DNA of 63,772 bases, filler included, from Basidioascus undulatus (GCA_000826855.1; 9 parts of 9 records of this genome joined end to end with filler, not necessarily neighbours in it); one strand, 5' to 3'. Shown: positions 12,454 to 26,080, numbered from the whole stretch's first letter. Made by a program: numbers and translations. Notes: a model not told the origin generated them from the letters alone.

Positions 12454-14254
12454 ATGATCATCAACGACATCAAATACGCCTGGTGAGCCTGTCGTCCGGG
12501 TTGCGTGACGCTCGGACGGGTTCTGAGCGGCGCTACGGATGGATGGCCAGCCGGGCGTGCATCAAGGGCCATCGCGCGACGACGTGCAAGGTGTGTGTTT
12601 TCTCTTTCTTTAGGTTAGTCACGGCTGATGTTGTGGGGTCGTTTTTGCAGCACGCCGACCGCGAACTCATAGAGATCAAGCGCACCGGTCGGCCGTCTAC
12701 CCAGTGCGACGCGTGCAAGGAGCTGCGTCGCATAAAGCAGGTCCGTTTCCACCTTTGCAATGTCTGTTTACCTCTTAAACTGACCACCTGGCCGCCCACA
12801 GCTTCACATCAAGTGTGAGCACCAGCTCCCCAACTCCAAAAAGACAGGTGAGCTCTGACTGCGGCACAGCAAGCCAGGCGGGCGGAGCCTGACCCAACCA
12901 ACACAGCAGCGGAAGCGCCGACCGTACGTCGACACGACGCTGCCCCCGCCGAACGCAGGACGGCGAGCGAGAATGATGTCTGTGAGGGCTGTCTCCCTCC
13001 ATGTCCAGACTGTCACCTAGTGCTGACATTTCGCTGCATCTCCTTTGAAAGTGCCCACCTTCCAAGTGACCGCTCCGCCGCCCATGTATCGCTCTGCCTC
13101 GGAGTCGTCGGGACAGAGCTTCGAGAACCCATCCGACTCGCTGAGCGGCTCCAGCGCAGGTACGCTCTCCTCCGCGGGATCAACTCCCTTTCCTTGCTGA
13201 CGAGCAACTGCTTCCACAGCCCTCCCGCTCGACAGCCTGCCCTTCCCCATCCTTCCCCTACCTCCCTCGGCCTATCCCCCCGCGGCCGACTACGACCCCG
13301 CCCCCGCCTTCACCGCCGACGAGCCCTACCCCTTCTCTTTCTCGCCCACCGACGACGCCCTCCCCGCCTCGCGCCGCCCCGTCCCATCCTCCAACGCCAC
13401 CGCGACCGCACGCGCCTTCCACCCGTACTCGCGCCCCTCCCCGAGTGCGAGCGCACCTCCCGCCTCGCCCGCAGCCGCGGCGCAGACGCTCTTCCCTGGC
13501 GTGGATGCCCAGCGCGCGATGGACCTCCTCGCGCTCGAGGAACTCGTAGGCCGCCTGTACCCCGGCACGCACGCCGCGGACGTCATCCGCTCGCTGGGGC
13601 AGCCGAACGCACAGCAGCCCCAGGTGCAACCACCTCCTGCACCGCCTCCGCCCCCGCAGATGGGCTACCCGTGCTTCGAGCCCGGCTTCGGGTTCGAGAC
13701 GTTCGGCGGGCTCAGCGGCGGCGCGAGCACCGTCTCGAGCTGCTCGGGGATCGCGACTCCGGACCACCCGCCCGCGCTGGACCAGTACACCGCGTCTGCC
13801 TCTGCAGACAGCCTCGACTTCATCGCGTGCCTCAACTTCGCGATCGAGGGCGACCTCCCCGCGTCGGCCTTTCCTCCGCAGCAGCAGCAGCAGGCGCACA
13901 AGCCACACCACGCCTTGCACGTGCACTCGCACGGATACGCACCTTACTCCGTCCCTGCTCCCCCGTCCGCGGCTGGTTCGCGCCGCTCGAGCGCGAGCAC
14001 CCAGGGCGGGTCCACCCCCGCAGACGAGCACCACCAGCCGGACGGGGGAGTGCGCCGCCGCGCGAGCGCGAGCGCGAAGGGGAGGTCGACCCCGCCGAGT
14101 GGGGCAGCCGGTGCGGACGTCCAGCGCAAGGCGTCCACGGGCAGCAGCAAGGCGGACGGCCTGAAGCGGCGCACGAGCGGGAAGAAGAACGCCGCCCCCT
14201 CCGCTCCGCCCGCTGCTACGGCCTCGACATCGCAGGCTCCGTGCACCGGCGGGG
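12454..14254 (+). CDS. Copper-fist DNA-binding transcription factor (Ace1/Mac1/Haa1/Cuf family), multi-exon, 3'-truncated
   Basis: Spliced MIINDIKYAC|RACIKGHRATTCK|HADRELIEIKRTGRPSTQCDACKELRRIKQ|LHIKC is the canonical copper-fist pattern, followed by a low-complexity P/S/Q tail. Confidence 0.9.
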
Positions 14255-14354
14255 NNNNNNNNNNNNNNNNNNNNNNNNNNNNNNNNNNNNNNNNNNNNTT
14301 AATTAATTAANNNNNNNNNNNNNNNNNNNNNNNNNNNNNNNNNNNNNNNNNNNN

Positions 14355-17300
14355 CCTCTTCTTCTTCCTCCTCACCTCCCCCCACCCAAAGTGTTCGCCT
14401 TCCTCGTCAACCGCGTGCAGTTCATTTCGGAGTCGTCTGCGCCTGTACGTCTGAAAGAACGTACAAGGAAAACAGCGGAGGGTTCTGATTCTGGAATGAG
14501 GGAGGGACACACAGACCCAGCTGGGAGTGAACGCGACTCGCGCAGCGCTCTGCGAGCTTTTGGCGTTGAAGGTGTTGAGGGTGTACGCTGTGCGTGCTTC
14601 CCCTTCTTCTCCTCCCATCCCTATCTTCAAACTCATTCCCGCACCTCCTTACTTCTTGCGGCGCACAGGACAAAGGGTCCCGCATCGAACTCGCGTATGT
14701 ACTGGCGGGACACTTCAGGCTCTTCCAGGGCGCGCAGCCGGAGGTGCTGGAGCAGGTGGGTGTTGTTCCTCTCTCCACTTGCTCTCCTCCCCACTCCCTC
14801 TCCTCAACTCCCACAAAACCCCATCCTCGCCCTCCTCCACCTCCTTCCTCCTCCTCCGCAGTCCTCCTCCCTCTTTGTCCCCCACCTCCGACCTTTCCCC
14901 CCGACCTTTCCCTCCGACTGGGAAGCGAAGGCTGAACCTTCATCCGACCAATACAGGTCCGCCAAGAAGAAGGCGACACCCTTACCAAGTCCGCGAATGC
15001 CCTGGAGATGGCGATCGTGGGGAATGCGAAGCGGTTCGTTTTTCCTCCTCCCCTCCCCTCCCGCCTCTACCTTCTTTCCATTCCCAGAGCTGATGGGCGG
15101 GGGTGGGACAGGTTCATCAAGTCCCCGCACTGCCAGCGTATCATCAGTGCGCCCCCTTGTCTCCCCTCCCCTCGCCCTCTCCCTCTGCTAACCCATTTCC
15201 TGTTTCCTCCTTACGAAGACGCGATCTGGGACGGCTCGATCGTGTACACCGTGCGTCCCCTCTCCCCCCTCCTCCCTTCCCTTCCTTCTCCCTCGCCCAG
15301 TACTGAGAAAACATGTGGGATGGTGAAACAGGCGTCCAGCACCCATGCGTTCTTGAGAGACGAGTACAAGCGCAAGCCCATCACGTTCTACGACCCGCGG
15401 CGCGCGCCTCTGCTGGACCACTATCGGCTGAAGGTGCCCCGGATCCGGAGTGCGTTGGAATATTGCAAGTGCGTGTTTCCCCACCTGTCCCTTCCGCACC
15501 CTCCCTTCTCCTCATGATCTTCGAGCTGACTAAAAAGGAATACAGCTTCGTCATCCTCTTTCTTCTTTTCGTGGTCGCTATCGAATGTGCGCTCTTCCTT
15601 TCCGTTCAGAGGGGGAGGGGGAGGAAGAGGGGGCAGATGCTGATTTCGGTGCGTTGGGGGTGGGGACGACAGCGAAGGAGGAGCACTCGATGAACCCGAT
15701 CGAGTTCATCTTCGTCCTCTACGCGCTCGGGTTCACGCTCGATAAACTTGCGAGCACGCAGGAGCACGGGTGGAGAGGTGCCTTTTCTCCCTCATCCTTT
15801 TCTCCCCCTTCTCTCCGTCGTCTCTTTTCCCCTCCACTATCCTCTCCTTCGCCTTCCCCGACCTTCCCGGCTGACGCCACCCGGGCGGGATGGTGGGGCC
15901 AGTGTACTCCGCCAACCTCTGGAACGGCTTCGACCTGATCTTCATCGTCGACTTCCTCGCCTACCTTGCTTTTAGGCTGTACGGCATCCACTCCGACAGG
16001 CCTTGGGCGTCCCACCTCGGCATGGAGATTTTGGCGTGCGCGGCGGCGCTGCTGTTTCCTAGGTACGTGTCCGCTTCCCATCCCTTCTCCCCGTCTTGTC
16101 CGCTTGTCGCTTCCGAGCTTTTCTCCGCGCGCAGACGAGAAGGCCCAGAGTACTGATTTGGGTGGGGTCACGCACAGATTGGCATTCGTCACGCTCAGCA
16201 ACAACCTCCTGATCCTGAGTATCCGAGCGATGTTTCTGGACTTGTGCGCACCCTCCTGAAGTGCGGGACAAGTGCGGAAGAGTGCGGGCTGATAAAGGTC
16301 CGGTCGAGCAGCGTGTTCCTCATGGCGCTCGGCGCGTTCTGGTGCGTCCCTTGCCGTCGAATGTGATGAGTTGGGCAGGAAAGGCTGAGCGGGAGAGGGG
16401 CAGCTTTGCGGGATTCCTTTACGCGCTATGGACGCTTGGGCGCGGGCAGTATACGGCGGGGCAGCTGGCGGAGTATATGGTGTTCATCGTGAGTCTGTCG
16501 ACCAGATCACTGTCGACTGTAGCGGACTCACCGCCCTCTCCCCCGGCAGTGGTTCGGTCTCGACGGAACGGGACTGGCAATCTCGCCCAAGCTGCATCCG
16601 ATCTTTGGGCCGGCGCTGGTCGTTCGTGCGTTTGCAATTTCGCTTACAGTGAGGTTTTGAGGAGCGAGGCTGATGCGTGAGTCGCGGATGGATGGTGGAT
16701 AGTGTACGCGTGCTTGAGCAACACGCTGCTCCTCACCATCCTCGTCTCGATCTTGTCCACGACCTTCGCGAAGATCGACGCGGACGCGGAGGGCGAGGTG
16801 CGCTCCCCTTCTACTCTCTTCCGTGTGGTCCGCGACTACTGAACTCGCCCGTGCGGGGGAAAAAAGTACATGTTCAGGCAGGCGGTGCAGACGCTCGAAG
16901 GCGTCAAGTCCGACGCGCTGTTCGGGTACCAGCCCCCGCTCAACATCCTCGCTGTCATCATCATGACGCCCGCGAGGTGGATCCTCACTCCGAGGTGGTT
17001 CCACAAGATTAATGGTGGGCCTGCTTGGCTTCGATGGCTTTGATGGACTATTCGAGCACGCTGACCGGGCTGGGGAATCGGCAGTCTTTATGGTTCGCTT
17101 TACTTCTGCACCGAGTGAGCTAGTCGAGTCTGCGTCTGTAGGCGTTGGAGAAGCGCTCATCGTTGCGAGTTTCCGCAGTCCTCCTCCTCATCAGCATCTA
17201 TGAGCGCTACGAGCCCGCTACCGCACGCTCGTTCTTGCCCTTCTGGTACTCTTTGCGCCTGGCTGCGGACAAGTTTGGCGACGTGCGCTTTGCTCTTCCC

Positions 17301-18772
17301 CTCTTTTCAGCCATCTACGCTCGTCTGAATCTTGGTTGGCGACTGCAGAGCCTACCCCGCAAGTTCCGGACACTCACGCTCCTTGAGGGCCTCGTCGGCT
17401 CGAGCAAGGACATCGCGCTCGCGTTCGAGATCCACCCCGAGCAGGATGTGCGGTACTCGGACTACTCAGACGAGTCGGACGAGGAGACGGACGAGGGCGG
17501 GCGGCGTAGCGACGCGGACGACGGCGGCGCGGCGCCGGACCGGTTCATGCTCGAGTCGGACATGCACAAGCGTATGATGGAGCAGATCGAGCGCAGGCTC
17601 CACCGCGGGCCGAGCACCACTGTTACCTCGCTCGAGACGGACGCGGCACTCGTACAGCAGGCTGCGAGGGGCGCGGCGTTCGAGCACGGCGATCGGATGC
17701 GCAGGTCCAGGGCTGAGCAGGGCCAGCAGTCCCAGCAGCAAGATCAGCAGCAGCCGGAGCAGGGCCAGCAACAGCAGCAGCAGGATCAACAGCAGCAGCC
17801 GCAACAGCAGCCCGACCAGCCGCCCACCGCCCACCAAAAACCTGAAGCTGCCGCGGCGCCGCCTCAAGGCGAGCAGTTCATCCAGGCCGAGTCGGGCGCG
17901 ATCACGTTCAACATGCCCTTCCCGACCAGGGAGCGTGGGCAGCAGTCCCCGCCCGCGCCCGGTCCGTCGCGGGCCGAGCCACCGGAGCGCGAGCCTAAGC
18001 GCCAGTCGCGCGGCGTGCCCCTCCGTCGCTCGCGGACGTTCGACGACCCCTCGCCCGGCGCGTCCCGCCGCCAGGGCTCGTCCACGTCCGTCGCGGACGG
18101 GAACGGCGCCGAGCGCGGGATCGCGGGCATTGGCCGTGCGCCCCGCTTGCGCAGGATGTCCAACCTCGACTCGACCCTCAGTCGGAGCATCGGCAGCCTC
18201 GACAGCCCGCTCGCCCGCGCGTTCACCATCTCCAACCAGCACCGCCACCCGCCGTCGCACCCCCCGAGGCGGTTCCAGAGCCACCGCGAGGGCGGCGCAC
18301 ATCCGCGCGGGAGCGGCGGCTCCGGCGGGCACGGCGCGGAGCCGTCGCAGTCCAACTCGGCGCTCGCGGACGAGGAGGTGTCGGAGCCGGAGGAGGCGCG
18401 CAACGTCCGCTTCGAGCAGACGCGCTCGCCTGAGCAGATCTCTCGCGGCGGCTCGCGGGGCCAGCAGGGGAGGCAGGCGATGCACGTCCAGGGCCAGGCG
18501 GACGCGATCGCGCGCGTGGAGAATGAGCTGCGCGGGAAGCTGGACGCGATCGAGGAGCGGCAGAAGAGGATGGAGGACAGTACGTCATCTCCGTTTCCGT
18601 CCCCTTTCCCTCCCCGCTCCTTTCTCCTCATCCTCTCGTTCTTCCTTTCTCTTCTATGAGAAGCTGACGGATGTGGTTGGCAACAGTCCTCACTGGTCTG
18701 GCGGCGACCATCACCGCCCCGCCCCCGCCGCCCGAAGAGGCGGGGCCGCCGGTGGACATATACAATGGCTAG
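14355..18772 (+). CDS. TRP/Yvc1-related Ca2+-permeable cation channel, many exons, 5'-truncated
   Basis: TRAALCELLALK; ALEMAIVGNAKRFIKSPHCQRIINAIWDG; YDPRRAPLLDHYRLKVPRIRS; multiple TMs; YACLSNTLLLTILVSILSTTFA; MFRQAVQTLEGVKSDALFGYQPPLN; C-terminal coiled coil; stop at 18770-18772. Confidence 0.85.
17716..17820 (+). repeat. Coding CAG/CAA-rich polyQ tract in the channel C-terminal tail
   Basis: EQGQQSQQQDQQQPEQGQQQQQQDQQQQPQQQPDQ, two related units. Confidence 0.85.
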
Positions 18773-19238
18773 TCTAGTCCAGGCTGGGAAACTGGGAAGT
18801 AAGGGAAGGGAGGTGGACCTTCTTCTTGGACGGAGGCTTCGCATCGCATCTAGTTACATACAGTTTTGTCATTTCCGGGGAGGGGACGGGGGAGGAAGGG
18901 GTTTCTCGCGCTTACACGCTGGCTTGGTTCGCATCACATATCGTTTTTATACACGCATGAATACCGTTATTCTATTGTTGGCAGGGTTGCATGGGTTGGT
19001 GCGCAAGTCGGGTGGCGTCGGCCATCCATGAGCGATTGACTCTCGTTGCGCATGCCGGTGCCCAACTGGATTTGGGTGCTTGACCCAATTAAATGTGAGT
19101 TTAGGGTCGCATGTTATGTCTTTGAAGGGTTTTGTGGCGTTGTCTAAACAATCTACAGGTCTCGACAGTCGTGCTGTCCGGGGATGCATTCCCACCAACG
19201 AAAGGCACAATGCGTGTATGCTTCAAACCCCAATCCCC

Positions 19239-19718
19239 TCAAACCACGTCCCGCGCCTCCTTGCTCGTCACAGTGTCCGTCGCCGACCCGGCCCCACCAG
19301 GCAAGGGTGGACCATGGAACCTTGGGTCGCCCTCGACGAAGCGCCGGTCGACGTCGGACCGGTCGTTCTGCTTGGCTGCTGCGATGAGGGAGATCTGTGG
19401 GCACGAGGGAAAGGTCACGGTGAAATAAAGGTAGAGGTAGAGGTTGTGAGTCTGACGGACCCCGGCGAGTATGAACGCCATCCCCATCATTGCCCCGGCC
19501 AAATTCGTCGGGTAGTCGCGCCGGTATGGTTGACGTTCGGGCGTGACTGTCGGGCCTGGGTAGTTGCGGCGGGGTAGAAGGCGCTTGAAGAGCCATGGGA
19601 GGTCCTGAACTCAGATTTCACACCTGCTTGATCGGCTGGGGGGATTGTATAGGCTCACCGCTGCCGGTGTAAGGCGGACGACAGCGGAACGAGAATGGAC
19701 GGACATGTAGCGCAACAT
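19239..19718 (-). CDS. Small 3-exon single-TM protein (119 aa), possibly mitochondrial, no family recognised
   Basis: Exons 19718-19659, 19604-19461 and 19394-19239 with two phase-0 GT-AG introns give an uninterrupted ORF MLRYMSVHSRSAVVRLTPAA|DLPWLFKRLLPRR..NLAGAMMGMAFILAG|ISLIAAAKQND..EARDVV*. Confidence 0.6.
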
Positions 19719-20571
19719 GACGAGGGTTGCTTATTGCGTGCGGTGCCTGGGGAGTATGTGCATATGATAACGACTAGCTTTTGTGAGTGTTTTCTGTAGG
19801 CAATCGTCGAGGGTGTAACAGCTCGCTGCGAGCACGAAGGAAGGGGAACACCGCGCTGCATGATGTGACGAATGCATGCGCCAGGAGCATGGCAGGGGTT
19901 GAAACAAAGTTTCCCCCTTGCTGGCCTTGAGAAAGGTCTTCCCCCACCTTACTGTACTTCTTTCAGGGCATTCAAGCCGTTGGAGATCTGGCTGTTTGTA
20001 GCTGTATGCGGTACAGTCGGGGATCGACAGCCTGAAGGATCGACGCGGCGGCAGTGGTCGTTCGTACTGATGCATTCTGCAACGGCCACCTTAGTCCACC
20101 ATTCTTTAATTTCCTCAACAGTATTAAATTCGTCTTCGAGGTACTCCATACCCGAAACTGAGTGAAGATTCTCGCCTCATCGTGCTGCACGGATGATGAG
20201 TGTTAAAGAGTGATGATCGCACTCGCCCCCTTGCTATTCACACCCCTGCTGCACAACTCTTTTCACGTGAATCGCCTGCTAGTGCTGTCTGTAATTGCGG
20301 TAGTTTTGTAGCTTGAAGAAAACGATGAGAAGGTGGCGAGTCGAAGGGGCGAACTTGGCGGTAGCAGTGGACCTTGAAATGACGTCGTTTGCTGCGTGCG
20401 ATTGGAGCGCAGATTCCCCTTCCGAGATCGCCGCCTTCCTGCTTTATCCGTTTCCTCCAGTTCTTCGCTCCTACACTCATCATCAACCTCAAGATACAGA
20501 CATTCTAAACTGATTTCTGTACCCCATTCGACTATAACGACCCTTCACGAACAACCGACCGACTGCTCAAC

Positions 20572-23500
20572 ATGCCCACCGAGCACCACCTCGGCGAGGG
20601 CTACTCGGGCCGCAACCGCGTGCCCACCGTCCAAGGCTTCCGCGCAGAGCAGCAGGCAGCGGAGGCGCACAAGCGCGAGCAGGAGGCCCACCCCGACACC
20701 CTCCCGCACGAGCCAAGCAAGCCCGCGACGATCCCCGAGCAGGTCAACGCGCACGCGAATGCCGACGGCGCGGCGGCGTCCGACGTAAATCTTCCGCTTC
20801 CATAGTGTGCGTGTGGGAAAGGGGGCTAAAGGGAATGGCGCTCCCGGGTAGATGGACACCGGAAAGGCGCTCCCTGTCCCTGCGCGCTCTTCATCCCATG
20901 AGAAGTCTGCGGCGCTGGCTACGCCCGCGAAGCAAAGCTCTCCCGAGGGCGAGAAGAAGGACGAGAAGAAGGAGGAGCCGCCGCGGGAGGGCCTGAAGGG
21001 CGACACGGAGAGTAAGGAGGAATACAAGAAGCGCAGTATGTTCCTATCGTTATTCACGCCTTATGAGGTCCTCTGTGTTCTAACGAGGTTGTGCAGTGAA
21101 CGCCAACAAGGAGGCGCCGACGAGCAAGCTGGAGCTCAAGGGGGATCGCGGTGAGTCTCAAGACACGGCCTTACTGGTGCTGGCTCCTGACGTGAGCATT
21201 CTCGGTAGTCGTTACGGATCCCGTCACCGGGCGCGATGTGACGATCCGCGACGCGAACTACGAGGGTACGCCCTATGTTAATGATAACGCCTGGAGCGTA
21301 GCTTACCGTGACCGACATATCCGTGTTCAGACATCAAAGAAAAGCACATCGCCCGTGCGGCCCTGGACCCTGGCAACCCCGCCCCTGGCCCTGCTTCCAG
21401 CCCGCCCCCGGACGAGTTCGGCAAGCTCAGTAAGTCACGGGGCAAGCGTCGATTTGGGAGACCCGCTGACGGTGATTGGGCACCCGAGCAGACAGCAAGA
21501 ACATCGCGCCCGCGCCGGCGGAGCCGACGAACCTGCACTTCATGCCGTTCCCGCCGCCGGTGGACATGGGCACTTTGACGCCAATCAAGGCGGCGCTGCC
21601 CGTCGTCGGCCTCGTTGTCCTCATCGGCTCCGCGATTATCTGGGCCTTCGTCGCGTTCGGGAACGGCTACCTCGCGTTTTTGTGGCGCAGCACGCTCATC
21701 GGCGGCTTCGCCGCGGGCACGTACACGCTCCTCCACCTCACGCAGCGCAAGCTCGAGAAGGAAATCGAGCGCATCAGGCTCGACATGCACCGCCAGAGAT
21801 CCGAGAAGTATTCGCCTCCCACCCCGGAGTCGGTTGAATGGCTCAACGCGGCGCTTAAGACGGGTGTGTCGGTTTCATCCGTTGCTTTCACTGAAGAGCC
21901 GTTCGCTGACGGAAGTTGCACGACAGTCTGGGGGCTTATCAACCCCGAGATGTTCGTTCCCGTCGCGGACATGATCGAGGTACGTCTCGTGGCGCACACA
22001 ATCCTGCTCTGAGATGTGAAGCTAATGGCAGGCTTCCTCAGGACGTCATGCAAGCGTCGTTGCCCGGCTTTGTGGACGCGGTCAAAATCGCGGACCTCGG
22101 ACAAGGTGCGCGCTTCCTCTCTCCAAAACACCATCTTTATCATGTATGATCTGATTGTTCTGACTGATCTCAACCGCAGGCACGAACCCCGTGCGCGTCA
22201 TCAGCATGCGCGGCTTGCCCGACCAGCCCAAGGACAAGGAGTACCCGCGCACCGAATGGGTGCGTCTGTCTTTCACCTTCGACTGCGGACCATTTAAGCT
22301 GACGATATTTGGACTCATGCCCACAGATTGACGGCGGCAAGCCCCAGGCGATGTCGCCCGATCAGCAAGCCAAGGCGGCGGCCGGCGAAGGCCCCGACCT
22401 CGAGCAGAGCGGCGAGTACCTGGTAAGGCTTTCAGAGTCGCTGTCGCTGTCTAGAGGAACTGCCCCGTTCACAGGTGTACTCTCGACCGGTCTTCCTTTC
22501 AGAACTACGAAATCTCGGTCGCGTACCAGGCGCTGCCGGGCCAGAGCAGCAAGTTGCGCACGGCCAACATCCACATGCTCCTCCAGTTCTTCCTCGGCAT
22601 CTACGATTGGCTCCACATCCCGATCCGTGAGTCGTGCTTTCCGAAAATCCGGTGTAATGGACTGCCAGCTGATGCATGGGTGCTGCGCAGCGATCTGGAT
22701 CGAGGTCGAGGGCTTCGTCGCCACTGTCCGCTTGCGCATTCAGATGGTCCCCGAGGCGCCGTGAGCTCGTTTTGGTCGAGTAAATCTACCTGCGCGTGTG
22801 ATACTGATATTCTTCTTCAGGTTCATCCGCAACTTGACCTTCACTCTCATGGGCATCCCCAAGGTCGACGTCTCCGCCATCCCGCTCGCAAAGGCCCTGC
22901 CCAACGTGCTCGACTTGCCATTGATTTCTGGTTTCGTTCAGAGCGCCATCTCGGCTGCAGTGCGTCTTGAGCGCAGCCCTAGTGTTATCTGCCTCGGAGA
23001 TGCACTGACCCGGGTTTTATCGTGGATTACAGGCGAGCGAGTTCGTCGCTCCGAAGAGCATGACGCTCAACATGGCCCAGATGCTCGCTGGAGACGGCAT
23101 TAAGAAGGGTTCGTTGCGTTTCAGATGCTTTTCAACGCGAAAATGATGCTGACCCTTTGGACTGTAGATACCGTCGCGCTCGGAATCCTCAAGGTCACTA
23201 TCCACTACGCTGTTGGCCTTTCGGCACAGGACCGTTCTGGCAGCTCGGACCGTATGTGCTCCCCGCATTTCTCGTCTCAATATCTTGTTATTCATTTGAA
23301 CTGCATTTTTCAGCCTACTGTGTCTTGGCGTACACCAAGCTCGGCAAGCCGCTCTTCTCGACTCGCATCATCTTGAGCGACCTCAACCCCGTATGGGAGG
23401 AGACTGCCGTGCGTCGTTAATCTTTGTCTGTCTTTCCCTGAACCATGTTGGATAATATTGAAGGAATCCGTGCAGTTCCTCCTCGTCACGGCCGACGAGG

Positions 23501-26080
23501 TCAAGACCGGCGAAGAGCTCTCGCTCCAGCTCTGGGACTCTGACAAGTGCGTGCTACCGAATCCGCAAAGCAGTCGGGTGTGACAGCTGACATGCAGTTG
23601 ATCAACTTTCAGGAACACTGCGGACGACATCGTCGGGCGCACGATCGTCAGCGTTCGCGACCTCATGATGAAGCCCAACACGTCCGAGTGCCGCACCGAC
23701 AAGCTCATGGGCTTCGAGGACGCCGATACGATGCCTGGCGAGATCACCTGGTCTGTGGGATTCTACGACAAGGCGGTGCGTTGTCCCATTACATCTCACC
23801 GTTTGATCGATTCTTGTGCTGAAGCCAGCCGGATTCCCGTGACGCAGCCACTCAACAAGGCACTCAAGACGGACGGGAACCTTTCTGCCGACCTTCCGAA
23901 GGAGCTCCGCGACCGCCCCGAGCTTCAGGAGAAGCCTACGACGCCGGCCGACACGGACGAGGAGGTGGACGTGCTCCGCATCCCGCCCGACCCGGAGCAG
24001 CCGAGCGGCGTCTTGAGCGTCATCGTCCACGTACGTGCACGCAGCCTGTTTCACGCAGCCTGTTTCTGTTTCATTGCATCGCCTGTCTACAAGCTACTGT
24101 TCCGCATATCGCTAACATGGTCTCGGTCGGTTTTTATCGCACAGAACATCATGAACTTGGAGAAGCAGGACCTGAAGGGCTCGAGCGGCAAGGACCGCGA
24201 GGGCTCGGCCGGCCAAGACACCGACGACCCGTCCGAGGAGGGCGACAACGTTCCGAGCGCGTAGGTCCTGCATCGACTCAGGAGTCCCTGTAAGAAGATA
24301 CTTATCTGGGGCCCTTTGATTTCAGGTATGGAGAGATCGTCGTCAACGACGAAATCAGGTATCGCACGCGCACGAAGCAGTACACCAACAACCCCTTCTA
24401 TGAGGGTACGCAGTCTGTCTGGCTTTCGATCCAAAGAGCGCATGCGCTGACTTTGCGTCCATACTTTCAGCCGGAACCGAGATGTTCATCCGCGACTGGC
24501 GTGAGACGGAGGTCCGGGTCGTCATTCGCGATGCTAGGTGAGCTTTCACGTTGAGACTGGCACTGAAGGACCTTGGCCGCTAACATTTCTTCTGCTTTGC
24601 AGGCTGCGCGAGCATGACCCTATTCTCGGCATTGTCGATCTTCCCCTCACCGAAATCTTCCGTTCCGCGTCGCAGAACACGCGCACCTACTCGCTTCAGG
24701 ACGGTGTCGGTGCGTTTGCCGTTGTCCACCCGCAGATCGCAAGCGACCACTAACTGTGCGTGAACAGGTTTCGGTCGCGTGAAGATCTCGTGTCTCTTCA
24801 AGAGCTTTAAGGTCGACCTGCCGAAGGAGCTCCGCGGCTGGGATCTCGGCACCGTGGAGGTCCTGTCCAAGATCCGCCTCGAGGTCGACGACGTCGACGC
24901 CCGTCAAAAGCTGCACTCCGCGAAGCTCAAGCTGTCCACCACCGACTCGACCATCAAGGTCCCGAGCTCCGCGTCGAGCCAGGAGGGGACCGCCATCGTC
25001 TACTCTGTCGACGCCCCGCACCGCTTGCCGGTATATCGCCGCTACGGGTCGGCGCTCGCATTCGAGATCGGCGGTGGTGGCCTGATGGGCGGCGACGCGG
25101 ACGCGATCGCGCTGTTCTGGCTGCAGGACATCGCCGACGACGAGGAGCGCGAGGTTCGCCTCCCGCTGCTTGCGGGAAAGAAGCTGAGCCAGGTGCGCCA
25201 GAACTACATCGAGGAGTAAGTCGTTCCTACGGAAATCGGCTTCAAGGTGGGACAACTGACATCGCTGTCGAATACAGGATCACGGGGCAGCACCACGAAT
25301 ACAAGCAGATCGGGTTTGTTATCTGCTGTTCGTGATTGAGTTCCGCTGCCTGACAGTGCTTCTTCACAGCTGGCTTGTGGCTACTGTCAAGCTTGACCCC
25401 GGCCTCGACCTTGACCACGAGAAGGCTTCCGAGAAGACCGCGAGCCGCCGCCACAACTTCGGTACACTGCTTCGTCACCGGCGGCGTCGATACGTTCTCA
25501 CTCGATTCTTGCTCTTGCAGAGGTCTACGACCACATGGAGGGCCAGGCGGACTTGGCGGAGAAGAATGCGCATGCGTACGTCTGGTAGCAATCTTGGGGA
25601 CGCCTAAGCAACGCAGTGACTGACTTCCCGGCCTTTGCTCACGAAGGAATGACGACGGCGTAATCGACAAGGAGGAGAAAAAGTCGATTGATCGTGCCCA
25701 AAAGAAGCAGCTGCACAGCAGGCACCGCGGCTCGTGAGTTGCTTTCTGCCGTTCGCAAGTGTCCTCGGATGAGCGGCTGACAGATTGATTCTTCAGGATG
25801 CAATACGGCCCTGTCCGCAGCCTGTGCGTTTTCATACCGGGCCAGGACTTGCTTCGTAGACATGTTCGAATGCTTACGTTTCTACCTCGGCTCCTGCAGT
25901 GTGTGGATGAAGGACGGCGTAAAGTCTCGCGCTCGCAGAGCAAAGGGCATGTTCGGTGGGCAGAGCACCACCCGCGAACGTACGTGTCCACTTTTTCCCA
26001 AACTCGCGCTCTCGCGGCCCTGTTCTGACCTTGGTCCTGACCACCTGAACCATACAGCGACGATCGAGACGGAGGCGTAA
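20572..26080 (+). CDS. SMP-domain / multi-C2-domain membrane-contact protein (Mug190/tricalbin-like), many exons
   Basis: GYSGRNRVPT; TM hairpin; PTPESVEWLNAAL (SMP); MQASLPGFVDAVKIADLGQG; C2 motifs QDRSGSSD..STRIILSDLNPVWEET and LQLWDSDK..ADDIVG; ends ..TIETEA*. Confidence 0.85.

Noticed and set aside
17466..18844. Long antisense and alternate-frame ORFs over GC-rich exons (also at 13020-14306 and 40008-41138)
   Set aside because: These are expected shadows of high-GC codon usage and show no independent motifs.
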